From positions 224,001-288,000 of the forward strand of contig CAVTHO010000005.1 of assembly GCA_963734545.1 (NCBI GenBank): a stretch of DNA of 64,000 bases, in the 5' to 3' direction. Positions 18,436-28,223 of the stretch are shown here, in pieces. The stretch comes from an uncultured Spirochaetota bacterium (GTDB lineage Bacteria; Spirochaetota; Spirochaetia; SZUA-6; Fen-1364). The first letter of the stretch is position 1. The number at the start of each line of letters is the position of its first letter. The notes under the pieces are model-generated. The model ran no database searches and was not told the origin of the DNA. It saw only the letters and a program-made list of their open reading frames with translations. A program made the position numbers and the translations under genes.

Positions 18436-19246
18436 TCTTCACCGGCCCGCGCGCGTCACCAGGAGGATCGTGGAGAACGCGAAGACCGTTTCGCTCGTCC
18501 TGGATGTCTCGATGACGGCAGCTCCCGGGCAGTTTGCCATGCTCTGGATTCCCGGCATGGACGAGAAACCATTCAGCATCTCGGACGCAGACCCGCTTCA
18601 GTTCACCATCGCCCGGGTCGGACCGTTCAGCGACGTCCTGCATGCTCTCGAAGTCGGCGACACGCTTTGGGTGCGCGGTCCCTTCGGCACGGGGATACTC
18701 GGCGGCAGCGGGGCGCACGCTCCTCGTGGGCGGAGGCTACGGCGCCGCGCCGCTGTGCTTCCTGGGGCGCTCGATCCTGGAAGCAGGAGCCGCCGGTATC
18801 GAGGCCGCGCTGGGGGCCCGGACCTCGGCTGACCTCCTGTTCGTGGAGCGATTTCAGGCCCTTGGCGCGGAGGTGCACGTGGCAACCGAAGACGGCTCCG
18901 CGGGCACGCGGGGACGCGTGACGGATGTCGTGGCGCCGCTCCTGGAATCGGGCAGGTTCGCGCGGCTGTGCGCCTGCGGTCCCGAGGGCATGCTGGAAAG
19001 CCTTGCCGATGCTCTGCCGCGCGGCCCGCGTGCCCGCGGAGCTGTCCTACGAGGCATACATGCGCTGCGGCATCGGCATCTGCGGCTCCTGCGAGCACGG
19101 CGGCGCGCCTGGTGTGCATGGACGGCCCGGTCGTCTCCGTCGCGGCGCCCGAGTACGGGAGTGCGCGGGGACGCGCTCGGCCCGAAGGCCGTACCCGTTC
19201 GGGGAATACCCCGTACGGAACCGCCATGGGGACTGACCGGCCATGA
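18425..19246 (+). CDS. pyrK: Dihydroorotate dehydrogenase electron transfer subunit (frameshifted; repeat-derived C-terminus)
   Basis: [60 protein letters not shown]. Confidence 0.9.
19149..19217. repeat. Expanded module A palindrome at the pyrK 3' end
   Basis: CCGAGTACGGGAGTGCG...CGCTCGGCCCGAAGGCCGTACCCGTTCGGGGAATACCCCGTACG; nearly the reverse complement of 58070-58138. Confidence 0.9.
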
Positions 19247-20028
19247 GCGTGCGGCCCTTCTTCTCGACCGGCCAGCTCACGATTTTCAATGCGAACGTGC
19301 TCTCCACCCGGGCGGTCGCCCCCGGCAGCGTCAACCTGATCGTCACGTCACCTCCCTACAACGTCGATATCGCCTACGGAAAACACGACGACGCGCTCTC
19401 CTACCCGCAGTATCTCCGGTTCAGCCGCAGGTGGCTGGCACGGTGCTTTTCCTGGCTCCGGGAGGACGGAAGGCTCTGCCTGAACATCCCCCTGGACAAG
19501 AACAAGGACGGCCAGCAGAGCGTGGGTGCCGACCTTACATCCATCGCAAAGGAGATCGGCTTCCACTACCACTCGACGATCGTGTGGAACGAAGGGAATA
19601 TCTCCCGGCGCACCGCGTGGGGCTCGTGGATGAGCGCCTCCGCGCCATACGTGATCGCCCCCGTGGAGTTGATCGTTGTTCTGTATCGCGCGCACTGGAA
19701 AAGGCGTTCCGGCACCGGCGAGTCGGACATCACGAGACGCGAGTTCATGGACTGGACAAACGGGCTCTGGACATTCAACGGGGAAAGCAGGAAAAGGACG
19801 GGCCACCCGGCTCCGTTCCCCCTGGAGCTGCCCCGGCGCTGCGTCAAGCTCTTCAGCTTTGTCGGTGACACGGTCCTCGACCCCTTCATGGGCAGCGGCA
19901 CGACGCTGTGTGCCGCCGCAGGCTGCGGCAGAAAGGCCATCGGCATCGAGATCGAGGAACGCTACTGCGCGCTTGCCGCGGCGCGCCTTGAAAGAACGCT
20001 CCCGATGGACCACAATGCAGGGCCGTGA
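19243..20028 (+). CDS. Orphan N4-C/N6-A DNA methyltransferase (beta class)
   Basis: TSPPYN near the N-terminus, HPAPFP, DPFMGSGTT near the C-terminus; no adjacent endonuclease gene. Confidence 0.92.
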   Translation: MSVRPFFSTGQLTIFNANVLSTRAVAPGSVNLIVTSPPYNVDIAYGKHDDALSYPQYLRFSRRWLARCFSWLREDGRLCLNIPLDKNKDGQQSVGADLTSIAKEIGFHYHSTIVWNEGNISRRTAWGSWMSASAPYVIAPVELIVVLYRAHWKRRSGTGESDITRREFMDWTNGLWTFNGESRKRTGHPAPFPLELPRRCVKLFSFVGDTVLDPFMGSGTTLCAAAGCGRKAIGIEIEERYCALAAARLERTLPMDHNAGP

Positions 20029-20529
20029 CCATCCGGATCATCATCACCGGCGGCACCTTCGACAAGCACTACGACGAGATCCGGGGCAACCTGACCTTCA
20101 AGGACACCCACCTGCCCGAGATCCTCAAGTTCGTGCGCTGCTCCGTCCCGATCGAGGTGGAGCTGAACCAGCTCATCGACAGCCTCGACATGCACACTTG
20201 CCAACCGTCAGCAGGTGCTCGAGTCCTGCCGGCGGGCACCGGAAGAACTCATCGTCATCACCCACGGCACGGACACGATGGTGGAAACGGCCGGTGTGCT
20301 GGGCGCGGCAGGGTTGGAGAAGACGATCGTCCTCACCGGCGCCATGGTGCCGTACATCTTCAACAACTCCGACGCCGTGTTCAACCTCGGGTGCGCGGTC
20401 ACCGCCGTGCAGGTCCTGCCGCGCGGCGTCTACATCGCAATGAACGGACGCGTCTTTCCGTGGGACGACGTGCGAAAGAACAGGGAACTGGGAATCTTCG
20501 AGCGCAGGAGCGAATCCGGAGCAACATGA
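20025..20529 (+). CDS. Short single-domain asparaginase-like protein (frameshift near 20200)
   Basis: TGGTFDK, IDSLDM, THGTDTM, TGAMVP, DAVFNLG, VRKN. Confidence 0.85.
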
Positions 20530-20588
20530 ACGCCTTCTTTCCCCTGTGATCTCTTGCGCACAGTCGTCAAACCTGCTATCACCAGATA

Positions 20589-21569
20589 ATGCCCGACTTA
20601 TCGTCCACCTACATGGGATTGCGCCTGAAAAATCCGCTCATCGCCGGCAGCTCCGGACTCACCGGCACACCGGAAAGCCTGCTGGCCCTGCAGGCCGGCG
20701 GCGTGGCCGCCGTGGTTCTCAAGTCGATCTTCGAAGAGGAGATCGCGTCCGAATACACCGAGGTTCTCACGAAGGCCAGGCAGAAGGGCATGAGCCTGGA
20801 GTCCTACGACTACTACGACTACCAGATCCGCAGCGAACGGGTCACGTCATACGTGGAGCTGGTCCGGCGGGCCAAGAAGGATCTGTCCATACCCGTTATC
20901 GCCAGCGTCAACTGCACCTACTCGCATGAATGGGTCTCATTTGCCCGTGACCTCGAGGCCGCAGGCGCGGACGGCCTGGAGCTGAACATGTTCTTCCTTC
21001 CCTCCGACCTGAAGCGCTCCAGCGAAGAGCGGGAAAAAGAGTACTTCCTCATCATCGAGCGGGTCCTCAAGGAAGTGCGCGTGCCCGTCGCCTTGAAGAT
21101 CAGCCCGTACTTCTCCACTCTGGCGCAGATGATCAACAGGCTGTCGCGCACAGGCGTCGCGGCGCTCGTCCTCTTCAACCGCTTCTACTCGATCGACTTC
21201 GACATCGAAAAGATGGCCGTCACCGCCTCCCACACGCTGAGCACCGAGGCAGAGCTTGCCGCGCCCCTTCGATGGGTGGCGCTCATGTCCCGGCGCGTGG
21301 GCTGCGATCTTGCGGCATCCACCGGCATGCACGACGGGGTCGGACTGATCAAGCAGCTCCTGGCCGGAGCAAAAGCGGCGCAGGCCGTGTCCGCCCTTTA
21401 TCGCAATGGCCCGGGCTACGCGGCCAGGATGCTGGAGGAGCTGGGAAACTGGATGGACCGGCACGGATACAGGGCAATCGCCGATTTCCGTGGGAAGATG
21501 AGCCAGGCAGAGAGCGAGGATCCGGCCGCTTACGAGCGGGTCCAGTTCATGAAGCAGTTTGGCGAATGA
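20589..21569 (+). CDS. Dihydroorotate dehydrogenase-like flavoprotein
   Basis: LSSTYMGL.LKNPLI, KSIFEEEI, LVLFNRF, AYERVQFMK. Confidence 0.85.
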   Translation: MPDLSSTYMGLRLKNPLIAGSSGLTGTPESLLALQAGGVAAVVLKSIFEEEIASEYTEVLTKARQKGMSLESYDYYDYQIRSERVTSYVELVRRAKKDLSIPVIASVNCTYSHEWVSFARDLEAAGADGLELNMFFLPSDLKRSSEEREKEYFLIIERVLKEVRVPVALKISPYFSTLAQMINRLSRTGVAALVLFNRFYSIDFDIEKMAVTASHTLSTEAELAAPLRWVALMSRRVGCDLAASTGMHDGVGLIKQLLAGAKAAQAVSALYRNGPGYAARMLEELGNWMDRHGYRAIADFRGKMSQAESEDPAAYERVQFMKQFGE

Positions 21570-21596
21570 AGGGAAGGGCGGCAGGGGCCTGCCCGC

Positions 21597-23874
21597 ATGA
21601 AAAAGCGAATCACCCTTGGCCTGCAGATCGACCAGCTCGTTTCAGGTTACGCGCGCCTGCTCCTTGCAGGAGTCATGGCCGGGAGCAGGGAACATGACGT
21701 CAATCTGATCGTCTTCTCCGGGAGAGTTCTCCACTCTCCCGAGGGGCACCAGTATCAGAACAACGTCATATTCGACTACATCAGGCCGGGCACGGTGGAT
21801 GCCCTTGTCATGGCCACGGGAACGCAGTGCACGTACCAGTCCACCGCCGAGTTCCGTGACTACACGCGGCGTTTCGGGGCAATGCCGCTCGTCAGCGTCG
21901 GCATTCGGATCGAAGACGTGCCGAGCATCCTCGTCGACAATCAGAAGGGCGTCCTCGAGGCCATGGCGCATCTTGTCAATGAGCATGGGTGCCGTCGCAT
22001 CGCTTTCCTCCAGGGCCCCACGCGGAATCCCGAAGCGGACGCCCGATTTGCCGCCTATCGCGAGTCGGTGCGAACGTGGGGCCTTGCCGATGATCCGGAA
22101 CTCTGCCTGGCGGGAGACTTCACCGCGTCAGGGGCACGACTCGCGCTGGACGTCTATCTGAGACGTCATCGCGCGCCCGGGTTCCAGGCGCTCGTTGCCG
22201 CCAATGACGCGATGGCCATTGCGGCCGCGCAGCTTCTCGGCGAATGGGGATTCTCCGTCCCGCGCGACGTGGCAATCGTCGGCTTCGACAATATCACCAC
22301 GTCCCAGTTCGCTCTCCCGCCCGTCACGACTGTCGATCAGTCCGTCTACGAGCAGGGGCGCGCGGCGGTGGATTGCGCGGTGCGGCTCCTTCGCGCCGAG
22401 CAGGTTCCCCTCGAAGTCGTCCTTCCCACCCGGCTGGTTCTCCGCACCTCGTGCGGCTGCCTGCCGCGCTCGGTCGTGGAGCTCGGCGCTCTCCCCGCCC
22501 GCCCCGGCAGGTCCGGCGCCTCCTCGGACCCGCGCGCCATCAGCGATCGCTGCGGGGCCCGGTTGGCGGAAAAGGGATTCGTCGCGGGTGCGCGAATCTC
22601 GCGGGACGCGCTGATTCCGCTCATCGCAACACGCCGGCACGGAGGAGTTCTTCCGCGTCCTGCAGGACCTGCTGCGGGAAGAGATCGCGCACGGAGCCGA
22701 TACCTCGTACTGGCAGGTCCTCCTGAACGGCCTGCAGGAGGAGCTCGTCTCCCTGGCGGACACCGAGGCAGAAGTGGCGCGGGTCGGGGTGATGCTGCAG
22801 AAGGCGCGGGTGCTCCTCGCGGAAATGCTCCGCCTCGAGCAGGGAAAAGGCTGGACTGATCTCCAGAGTCATCTGCACTCGCTTCGCTCCCTCATGGAGC
22901 GGCTCATCTCGGTCGCCTCCATCGACGAGCTGATGGGCGATCTTGCCGATGAGCTCCCGCGCGTTGCCATCAGCACCTGCTTCATTGCCGGATACTCCGG
23001 CGAGATACGACACGGACGCGCGGACACGTGGGTGATCCCCGCCCGCGCCGAGGTGATGCTCGCCTGCATCGACGGGCACCGGAAAGTGTTGCGTGAGACG
23101 GAGCGCTATTTTGCGCCGGCGGAAAGCCTCGTGCCGGCGGGGCTGCTCCCGGAAGACCGGCGGTACACGCTCATCGCCACCTCGATGTATTTCCGGGAGG
23201 ACCAGATCGGCTACCTCGTGTTCGAGCCGGGAGACCGCGACAACGCGGTCTACGAAGCGTTCTCCGTGCAGTTGAGCAACATGCTCAAGGGCTCCCTCCT
23301 GTTCACTGCCCGGCAAAGGGTGGAAGAGAGGCTGCGGGAGGTCCTTGCGGATCTCGAGGAATACAACCAGAGGCTCTCCGGCCTCTCCCAGACCGATGAG
23401 CTGACCGGCCTGTACAACAGGCGGGGATTCCTGAACTTCGGAAAGCAGAGTCTCGGTATCGCGCGCCGCATGAGCAGGGAAGGGAACCTTTTCTTCGTCG
23501 ATCTGGACGATTTGAAGCTGATCAATGACACGTACGGCCACCAGGAGGGTGACCTGGTGATCAGGCAGGCGGCGAAGACCCTTCTGGATACTTTCCGCCG
23601 AATGGACATCATTGCCCGGCTCGGTGGTGACGAATTCGCCATTCTTGCGGTCAACACGACCTCCGGTTTTCTCGACACTGTCCGGAAGAGGTTGGACGAG
23701 AATCTTGCCGCCTATAATAACGATGCGGGGAAGGGGTACCGTATTTCAATGAGCATCGGCGCCGTCGCGTTCGACCCGCGCGCTCCTGTCAGCCTCGAGG
23801 CGCTCCTGGGCAGCGCGGATGAGCTCCTCTACGCGGAGAAGAAGAGGAAGAAGGAAGCCGGGAATGCCTCGTGA
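21597..23874 (+). CDS. Diguanylate cyclase with N-terminal LacI-type sugar-binding domain (frameshift near 22635)
   Basis: IAFLQGP, AANDAMA, DVAIVGFD, LRTSCGC; C-terminal DELTGLYNRRG, K.INDTYGH, RLGGDEF. Confidence 0.88.
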
Positions 23875-25195
23875 TGAGAATCAGCGGCCGACTGCTCCGC
23901 GGGAGAGGTATGACCTGGTGATCGCGGGCACGGGCCCTGCCGGCCTGGGCGCCGGGTTCGCGTTCTCGGAAGCGCGGCCGGGCGCTTCCGTGCTGATGAT
24001 CGATTCCTCCTCCATCAGCACCGGCGGCCTGTGCAATGACTGCAAGATGAACTTCACGTTTCCCATTGGGTTTCCGCTGGAGTATTGGACACCCCCGGCG
24101 GCGGAGCGCTACCTCTCTGCCGTCATCGCGCGGCTGCGGCCGGCCATCCTCGAGAAGAAGAATATCGGGGTTTACAGCCGAAGGGCGGAGAAGCTGGGCG
24201 TGCAGGTGCTGGAGGTCCGCCAGTCCCACCTGGGCACGGACGGCGGCGTGAATCTGGTGCGCGAGCTCGTGCAGGATCTGTCTTCCCGGGGGGTATCGTT
24301 CTCACTCGGTGAAACGGTGCGCGACGTCAGGGAGAACGAACGCGTGGTGGTCACCGATCGGCGGGAAATCGAGTATGGAAGCCTTGTCGTGGCCCCGGGC
24401 AGAAGGGGATTCGCATTCCTGCAGCAGCTCATGGACAGGCTGGGAGTGCCCTATGTGGACAACGTGGTGGACATCGGGCTGCGGCTGGAGATGCGGGCCG
24501 AGAACTATCCCATCGTCAAGGACTACTACGATCCGAAATTCCTCTTCCCCCAGAAGGTGCGGACCTTCTGCACCAACAGCGGAAAGGCCTACGTGGTGAA
24601 GGAGAAGTACGAGGGCCGCGAGAATCGCGACTATTTCAGCATCAACGGCCACGCCTTCTCCCAGCGGGGAAAGGCCAGCGGACTGGTGAATTTCGCCCTG
24701 CTGAAGACGGTCCGGTTCACGGAGCCGCTGGCGAGCGGACAGGAGTTCGCCGCCATGCTCGGCCAGCAGGCCATGCTCATGGGAGGCGGTCAGCCTCTCA
24801 TGCAGAGGGTCGGGGACTTCCGGCTGGGCAAGCGCTCCAAGGCGGAGAGCTTCACCGGTGACCTGTACGACTTCGCGCCCACGCTTCCCTCCTGCACCCC
24901 CGGGGACATCGCCCTTGCCATGCCCGCAAAAATCCTGCGCGCGATCTGGAGATCGATGAAGCTTCTGGACACGATCATTCCCGGCGTCCTGCATCCTTCC
25001 ACGGTCATGTACTATCCCGAGATAAAGCTCTACGGCAACAAGCCGCGCTTCATCGATGAGAGCTTCCAGGCGCGGCCGGGCATCTGGATGATCGGCGATG
25101 GCGCCGGCACGAGCCGGGGGATCACCGCCGCCTGGGCCAGCGGCATCCGCGCGGTGGAGGGGATCCTGAATCAGAACCCGCCCCCGCGCGCGTAG
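23864..25195 (+). CDS. FAD/NAD(P)-dependent oxidoreductase, uncharacterised family
   Basis: GTGPAG, HLGTD, VRTFCTN, YYPEIK, GDGAGTSRGI. Confidence 0.85.
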   Translation: MPRDENQRPTAPRERYDLVIAGTGPAGLGAGFAFSEARPGASVLMIDSSSISTGGLCNDCKMNFTFPIGFPLEYWTPPAAERYLSAVIARLRPAILEKKNIGVYSRRAEKLGVQVLEVRQSHLGTDGGVNLVRELVQDLSSRGVSFSLGETVRDVRENERVVVTDRREIEYGSLVVAPGRRGFAFLQQLMDRLGVPYVDNVVDIGLRLEMRAENYPIVKDYYDPKFLFPQKVRTFCTNSGKAYVVKEKYEGRENRDYFSINGHAFSQRGKASGLVNFALLKTVRFTEPLASGQEFAAMLGQQAMLMGGGQPLMQRVGDFRLGKRSKAESFTGDLYDFAPTLPSCTPGDIALAMPAKILRAIWRSMKLLDTIIPGVLHPSTVMYYPEIKLYGNKPRFIDESFQARPGIWMIGDGAGTSRGITAAWASGIRAVEGILNQNPPPRA

Positions 25196-25201
25196 CCGGC
25201 G

Positions 25202-25573
25202 CTACTGAACTTTGATGGTCGCGTGCGTCATGGTCGGATGGATCGTGCACTTGTACGTGTACGTGCCGGGGAGCGTCAGCATCAGGCTGTACGATGCCCC
25301 CGGTGCAATAGGTCCGCTGTCAAAGGCCGGTGAGCCTGCCGCATCTGTCACCGTATGGGAAACGCCGTCGTAGTTGGTCCATGTCACGGTCACGCCGCTC
25401 GAGGTAGTGATCGTCGCGGGAAAGAACGTGTACCCGGAAATGCCCGGTCCGCTGTGTGACCCTCCTGAACTGCCCATGCCTGAGCCCGGGCCCGAACCAT
25501 AGCCCATGCCCATGCTGCACGATGCGATTGTGGCGGTGATGAGGACCAGGGTAAGAATCTTGCGCGCTTGCAT
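25202..25573 (-). CDS. Cupredoxin (plastocyanin/azurin-like) lipoprotein
   Basis: IASC lipobox-like site, WTN.D..SHTVT, Y.CTIHPTM type-1 Cu ligands. Confidence 0.85.
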   Translation of the reverse strand: MQARKILTLVLITATIASCSMGMGYGSGPGSGMGSSGGSHSGPGISGYTFFPATITTSSGVTVTWTNYDGVSHTVTDAAGSPAFDSGPIAPGASYSLMLTLPGTYTYKCTIHPTMTHATIKVQ

Positions 25574-25587
25574 TCGCTCTCCTGAAA

Positions 25588-25611
25588 CCCCGCCGGGTTG
25601 GCCCGGCGGGG
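25588..25611 (-). terminator. Intercistronic hairpin
   Basis: CCCCGCCGGG-TTGG-CCCGGCGGGG, followed on the minus strand by TTT and the next RBS. Confidence 0.45.
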
Positions 25612-25640
25612 CACTGAAATCCGATCCTGGACCCGCGGCC

Positions 25641-26135
25641 TCAGGATTTCTGACTGACGAATTCCTCGATCTTCTCCAGGAGCTCGCCCGCGTTCTTGCT
25701 GCCGGCCTTTTCGAGGATGATGTACTGCTGGACGGCCTTCGCAAGATTGCCCTGCTGCAGGTAGGCCTCGCCGTAGTACTCACGCGCCTCCGGGAAGTTC
25801 GGCTTCAGCTTCAAGGCAGTTTCATAGTAGGTGAATGCCTTGGCGACATTGCCCATCTTCCGCGTGCTGAAGCCGAGCATGTTGTAGGCTTCCGCATAGT
25901 CGCGCTTCAGGTCGATGGCCCTCTGAAAAAAGTTGGCGGCCTCCGCGTATTTTCCCGCCTGGGATGCCGCATACCCTGAATTGTACAAGTCAACCGGGCT
26001 GGGTGAAGCGGCCGATGTCCCGCTGGAGCTGCCGCTCGCGCCCGTGCCGCCGCCACCACCTCCGCCTCCGGATCCCGCGGCGAAGACCGTACCCGCCAGG
26101 AAAAGGGAAAGAAGAAAAACCACGATCTTTCTCAT
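25641..26135 (-). CDS. Secreted TPR-repeat protein
   Basis: Signal peptide, Gly/Ser linker, AEAYNMLGF and PEAREYYGEAY TPR motifs. Confidence 0.88.
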   Translation of the reverse strand: MRKIVVFLLSLFLAGTVFAAGSGGGGGGGGTGASGSSSGTSAASPSPVDLYNSGYAASQAGKYAEAANFFQRAIDLKRDYAEAYNMLGFSTRKMGNVAKAFTYYETALKLKPNFPEAREYYGEAYLQQGNLAKAVQQYIILEKAGSKNAGELLEKIEEFVSQKS

Positions 26136-26280
26136 GTCAATAAACCTCCTCGGGCACCGTTGCGCCCGTATGAATAACCTTCGTTCACACTTACATACGC
26201 AGACCGCGGGTCCGTGGATTTTCCGGGCGCCCCATTTCTGATGGATGCAGCATTGGCCAAATGACTGTATGCTGTCCCTG

Positions 26281-26754
26281 ATGAGGATTCTTCGCATCCT
26301 GCGTCTTGTCCGACAGGGAGCGACCGTGCTCCTGCTCGTTGCGCTCGTGCTGCCTCTCGCGCGATGCAGCGGGCAGGCGAGCGGAGAGCCGGCGGATCCG
26401 GAACAGGGACCGCGTGCCTACACCTACTACTACGCGTGGAGTGACTTCGATCCCCTTTCTCCGGCGAGCTGGCTGGTCCTGGCGATTTTCGCGTGGCCTG
26501 CAGCGCTCGTTCTGTACGAGGTGATCTCCCGTCGCCCCGGGTCGATCTGGCTGCGGGCAGCCCAGGTTCTCCTGTTCGCGGGATCGATCTATGTCCTGTA
26601 CATCCGTACGTTCCTCTATGAGCTGTGGTACGGCGGCTACATTGCCTACATCGCGTTGTCGGCGTGTCTGCTCGCGTCCCTTGCCGAGCTTGTCGTGATC
26701 GTCAGAATGAGATTCAGGGAACCTCTATCCCCACCTGGCTCCAGGCGCCGGTAG
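26281..26754 (+). CDS. Hypothetical membrane protein
   Basis: About 4 hydrophobic segments; start uncertain. Confidence 0.6.
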   Translation: MRILRILRLVRQGATVLLLVALVLPLARCSGQASGEPADPEQGPRAYTYYYAWSDFDPLSPASWLVLAIFAWPAALVLYEVISRRPGSIWLRAAQVLLFAGSIYVLYIRTFLYELWYGGYIAYIALSACLLASLAELVVIVRMRFREPLSPPGSRRR

Positions 26755-27784
26755 CGGCCTGTTCCCCCTCGTTGCCGTAGAGCTGAAGCGCATTCAGGAC
26801 AGTCAACCGCGCAAAATCCATGAACTGCGCCGTCGGGGCGAGGCGCGCATCAGTCAGCGTCCGGTACCATATCTGCCCGGCCTTTTCCCAGGAGTATCCG
26901 CCTAGGGAAATGGCGAGGCTGGCGAATGCCTTGTTGGGAATGCCGGAATTGATGTGCACCCCGCCGTCGTCCGAGGTTGTCGCCACGTAGTCTCTCATGT
27001 GCGCCGGCTGCGGGTCCTTGCCCAGGACGGGATCGTCATAGGCGGTTCCGGGCGCCTTCATGGATCTCAGGGCAACCCCTTTGACACCCGGCCGCAGGAG
27101 GCCTGCCCCGATGAGCCAGTCCGCCTGCACGGCAGACTGGCGGGGTGCCGCGGTGTACTGCTTGACCATGGAACCGAACACGTCTGAGACGGACTCGTTC
27201 AACGCTCCCGACTGCCCGTTGTAGTCGAGGTTGGCCGTGTGCCCGGTCACCCCGTGCGTCAACTCATGGCCAATGACGTCAACGGCAATGGTAAACCGAT
27301 TGAAGAGCCGTCCATCGCCGTCGCCGAAGATCATCCGTTCACCGTTCCAGTAGGCGTTGTCATAGTCCGTGCCGTAGTGCACCGTCGCGTCCAGCTCCAT
27401 ACCGGCCCCATCCACCGAGTTGCGTCGGCAGGTGTCCCAGTACAGGTCAAAGGTCGCGCCCAGGCCGTCGTATGCCTCATCAACAGCGGCATCCCCTGTC
27501 GGCCCTTGTCCCTCCGCGCGTACCCTGTTCCCGGGGATCCTCTCCGTGTGGGCGGCGTCAAAGACAGCTCGCCGCTTGTGCGGCTCGCCGGGCGCGGCCA
27601 CAGGAGGGATTGCCCTCTGCCGGATGTACACGGCGGCGCGTGCTGTTCGCATTTCCGCCGCCCGCCGGAGCGTCTGCGCGGCCATGGCGCGCTGGGCATC
27701 CGATCCGTTCCTCATTATCGCCTCCAGGAGGTGAGGAGGAAGAATGCAGAATATGGAATGGCGGTGAGGCGATTCGCAGCCCAT
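26714..27784 (-). CDS. Protealysin-like M4 zinc metalloprotease
   Basis: Short propeptide with CILPPHLL, NAYWNG, HELTH, GALNESVSD, DDGGVHINSGIPN. Confidence 0.93.
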   Translation of the reverse strand: MGCESPHRHSIFCILPPHLLEAIMRNGSDAQRAMAAQTLRRAAEMRTARAAVYIRQRAIPPVAAPGEPHKRRAVFDAAHTERIPGNRVRAEGQGPTGDAAVDEAYDGLGATFDLYWDTCRRNSVDGAGMELDATVHYGTDYDNAYWNGERMIFGDGDGRLFNRFTIAVDVIGHELTHGVTGHTANLDYNGQSGALNESVSDVFGSMVKQYTAAPRQSAVQADWLIGAGLLRPGVKGVALRSMKAPGTAYDDPVLGKDPQPAHMRDYVATTSDDGGVHINSGIPNKAFASLAISLGGYSWEKAGQIWYRTLTDARLAPTAQFMDFARLTVLNALQLYGNEGEQAATGAWSQVGIEVP

Positions 27785-27796
27785 GCGTGTCTCCTT

Positions 27797-28108
27797 TTAC
27801 GACGGATTCTCCGCTCCAAGCGTACGAAGGTAGGCCAGCAGGGCAAGGAGAGAACGGTCTGCGGCGGACTCCACCACCTTCACGGTGTGGGATTTTCCTC
27901 CGTCTTCGACGGTAATACGGTAGGAGCGGTAGTCTGCTGCCCCGACGGGGCGGATTGAATCTGATTGATCGAAGAAATGCGCGGCGCGCACCATGGATTC
28001 GATTTCACCTGCCTGAAGCGTGGTCAGTCGCTCAGTATCGATGCGGAGCGGCCTCCGAAGGCCGGGAAAGTAGGCGAACCCGCCGAGTGTCTCGAATTGG
28101 ATGCGCAT
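27797..28108 (-). CDS. Emfourin-like protealysin inhibitor
   Basis: 103 aa, GGFAYFPGL..P, GAADYRSYRITV; adjacent to the protealysin-like gene. Confidence 0.85.
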   Translation of the reverse strand: MRIQFETLGGFAYFPGLRRPLRIDTERLTTLQAGEIESMVRAAHFFDQSDSIRPVGAADYRSYRITVEDGGKSHTVKVVESAADRSLLALLAYLRTLGAENPS

Positions 28109-28223
28109 GGCGCTTTTCTGACTCGTCAAAAAGTACTCTCGTGCTGCCCACCGGTCAATCCATCGCGGGGTCGGTCCCCGCCGCCGCGTCATTTCCTGAG
28201 TATATTCAAGCGGAGGTTTGTCG

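Noticed and set aside
19243-20028. Restriction-modification or defence island
   Set aside because: Flanking genes are metabolic; no nuclease, integrase or obvious compositional shift
14093-20529. Pseudogenes or programmed frameshifting in fhs/pyr genes
   Set aside because: Too many scattered indels, no evident slippery-site signals and intact motifs; assembly error is more parsimonious
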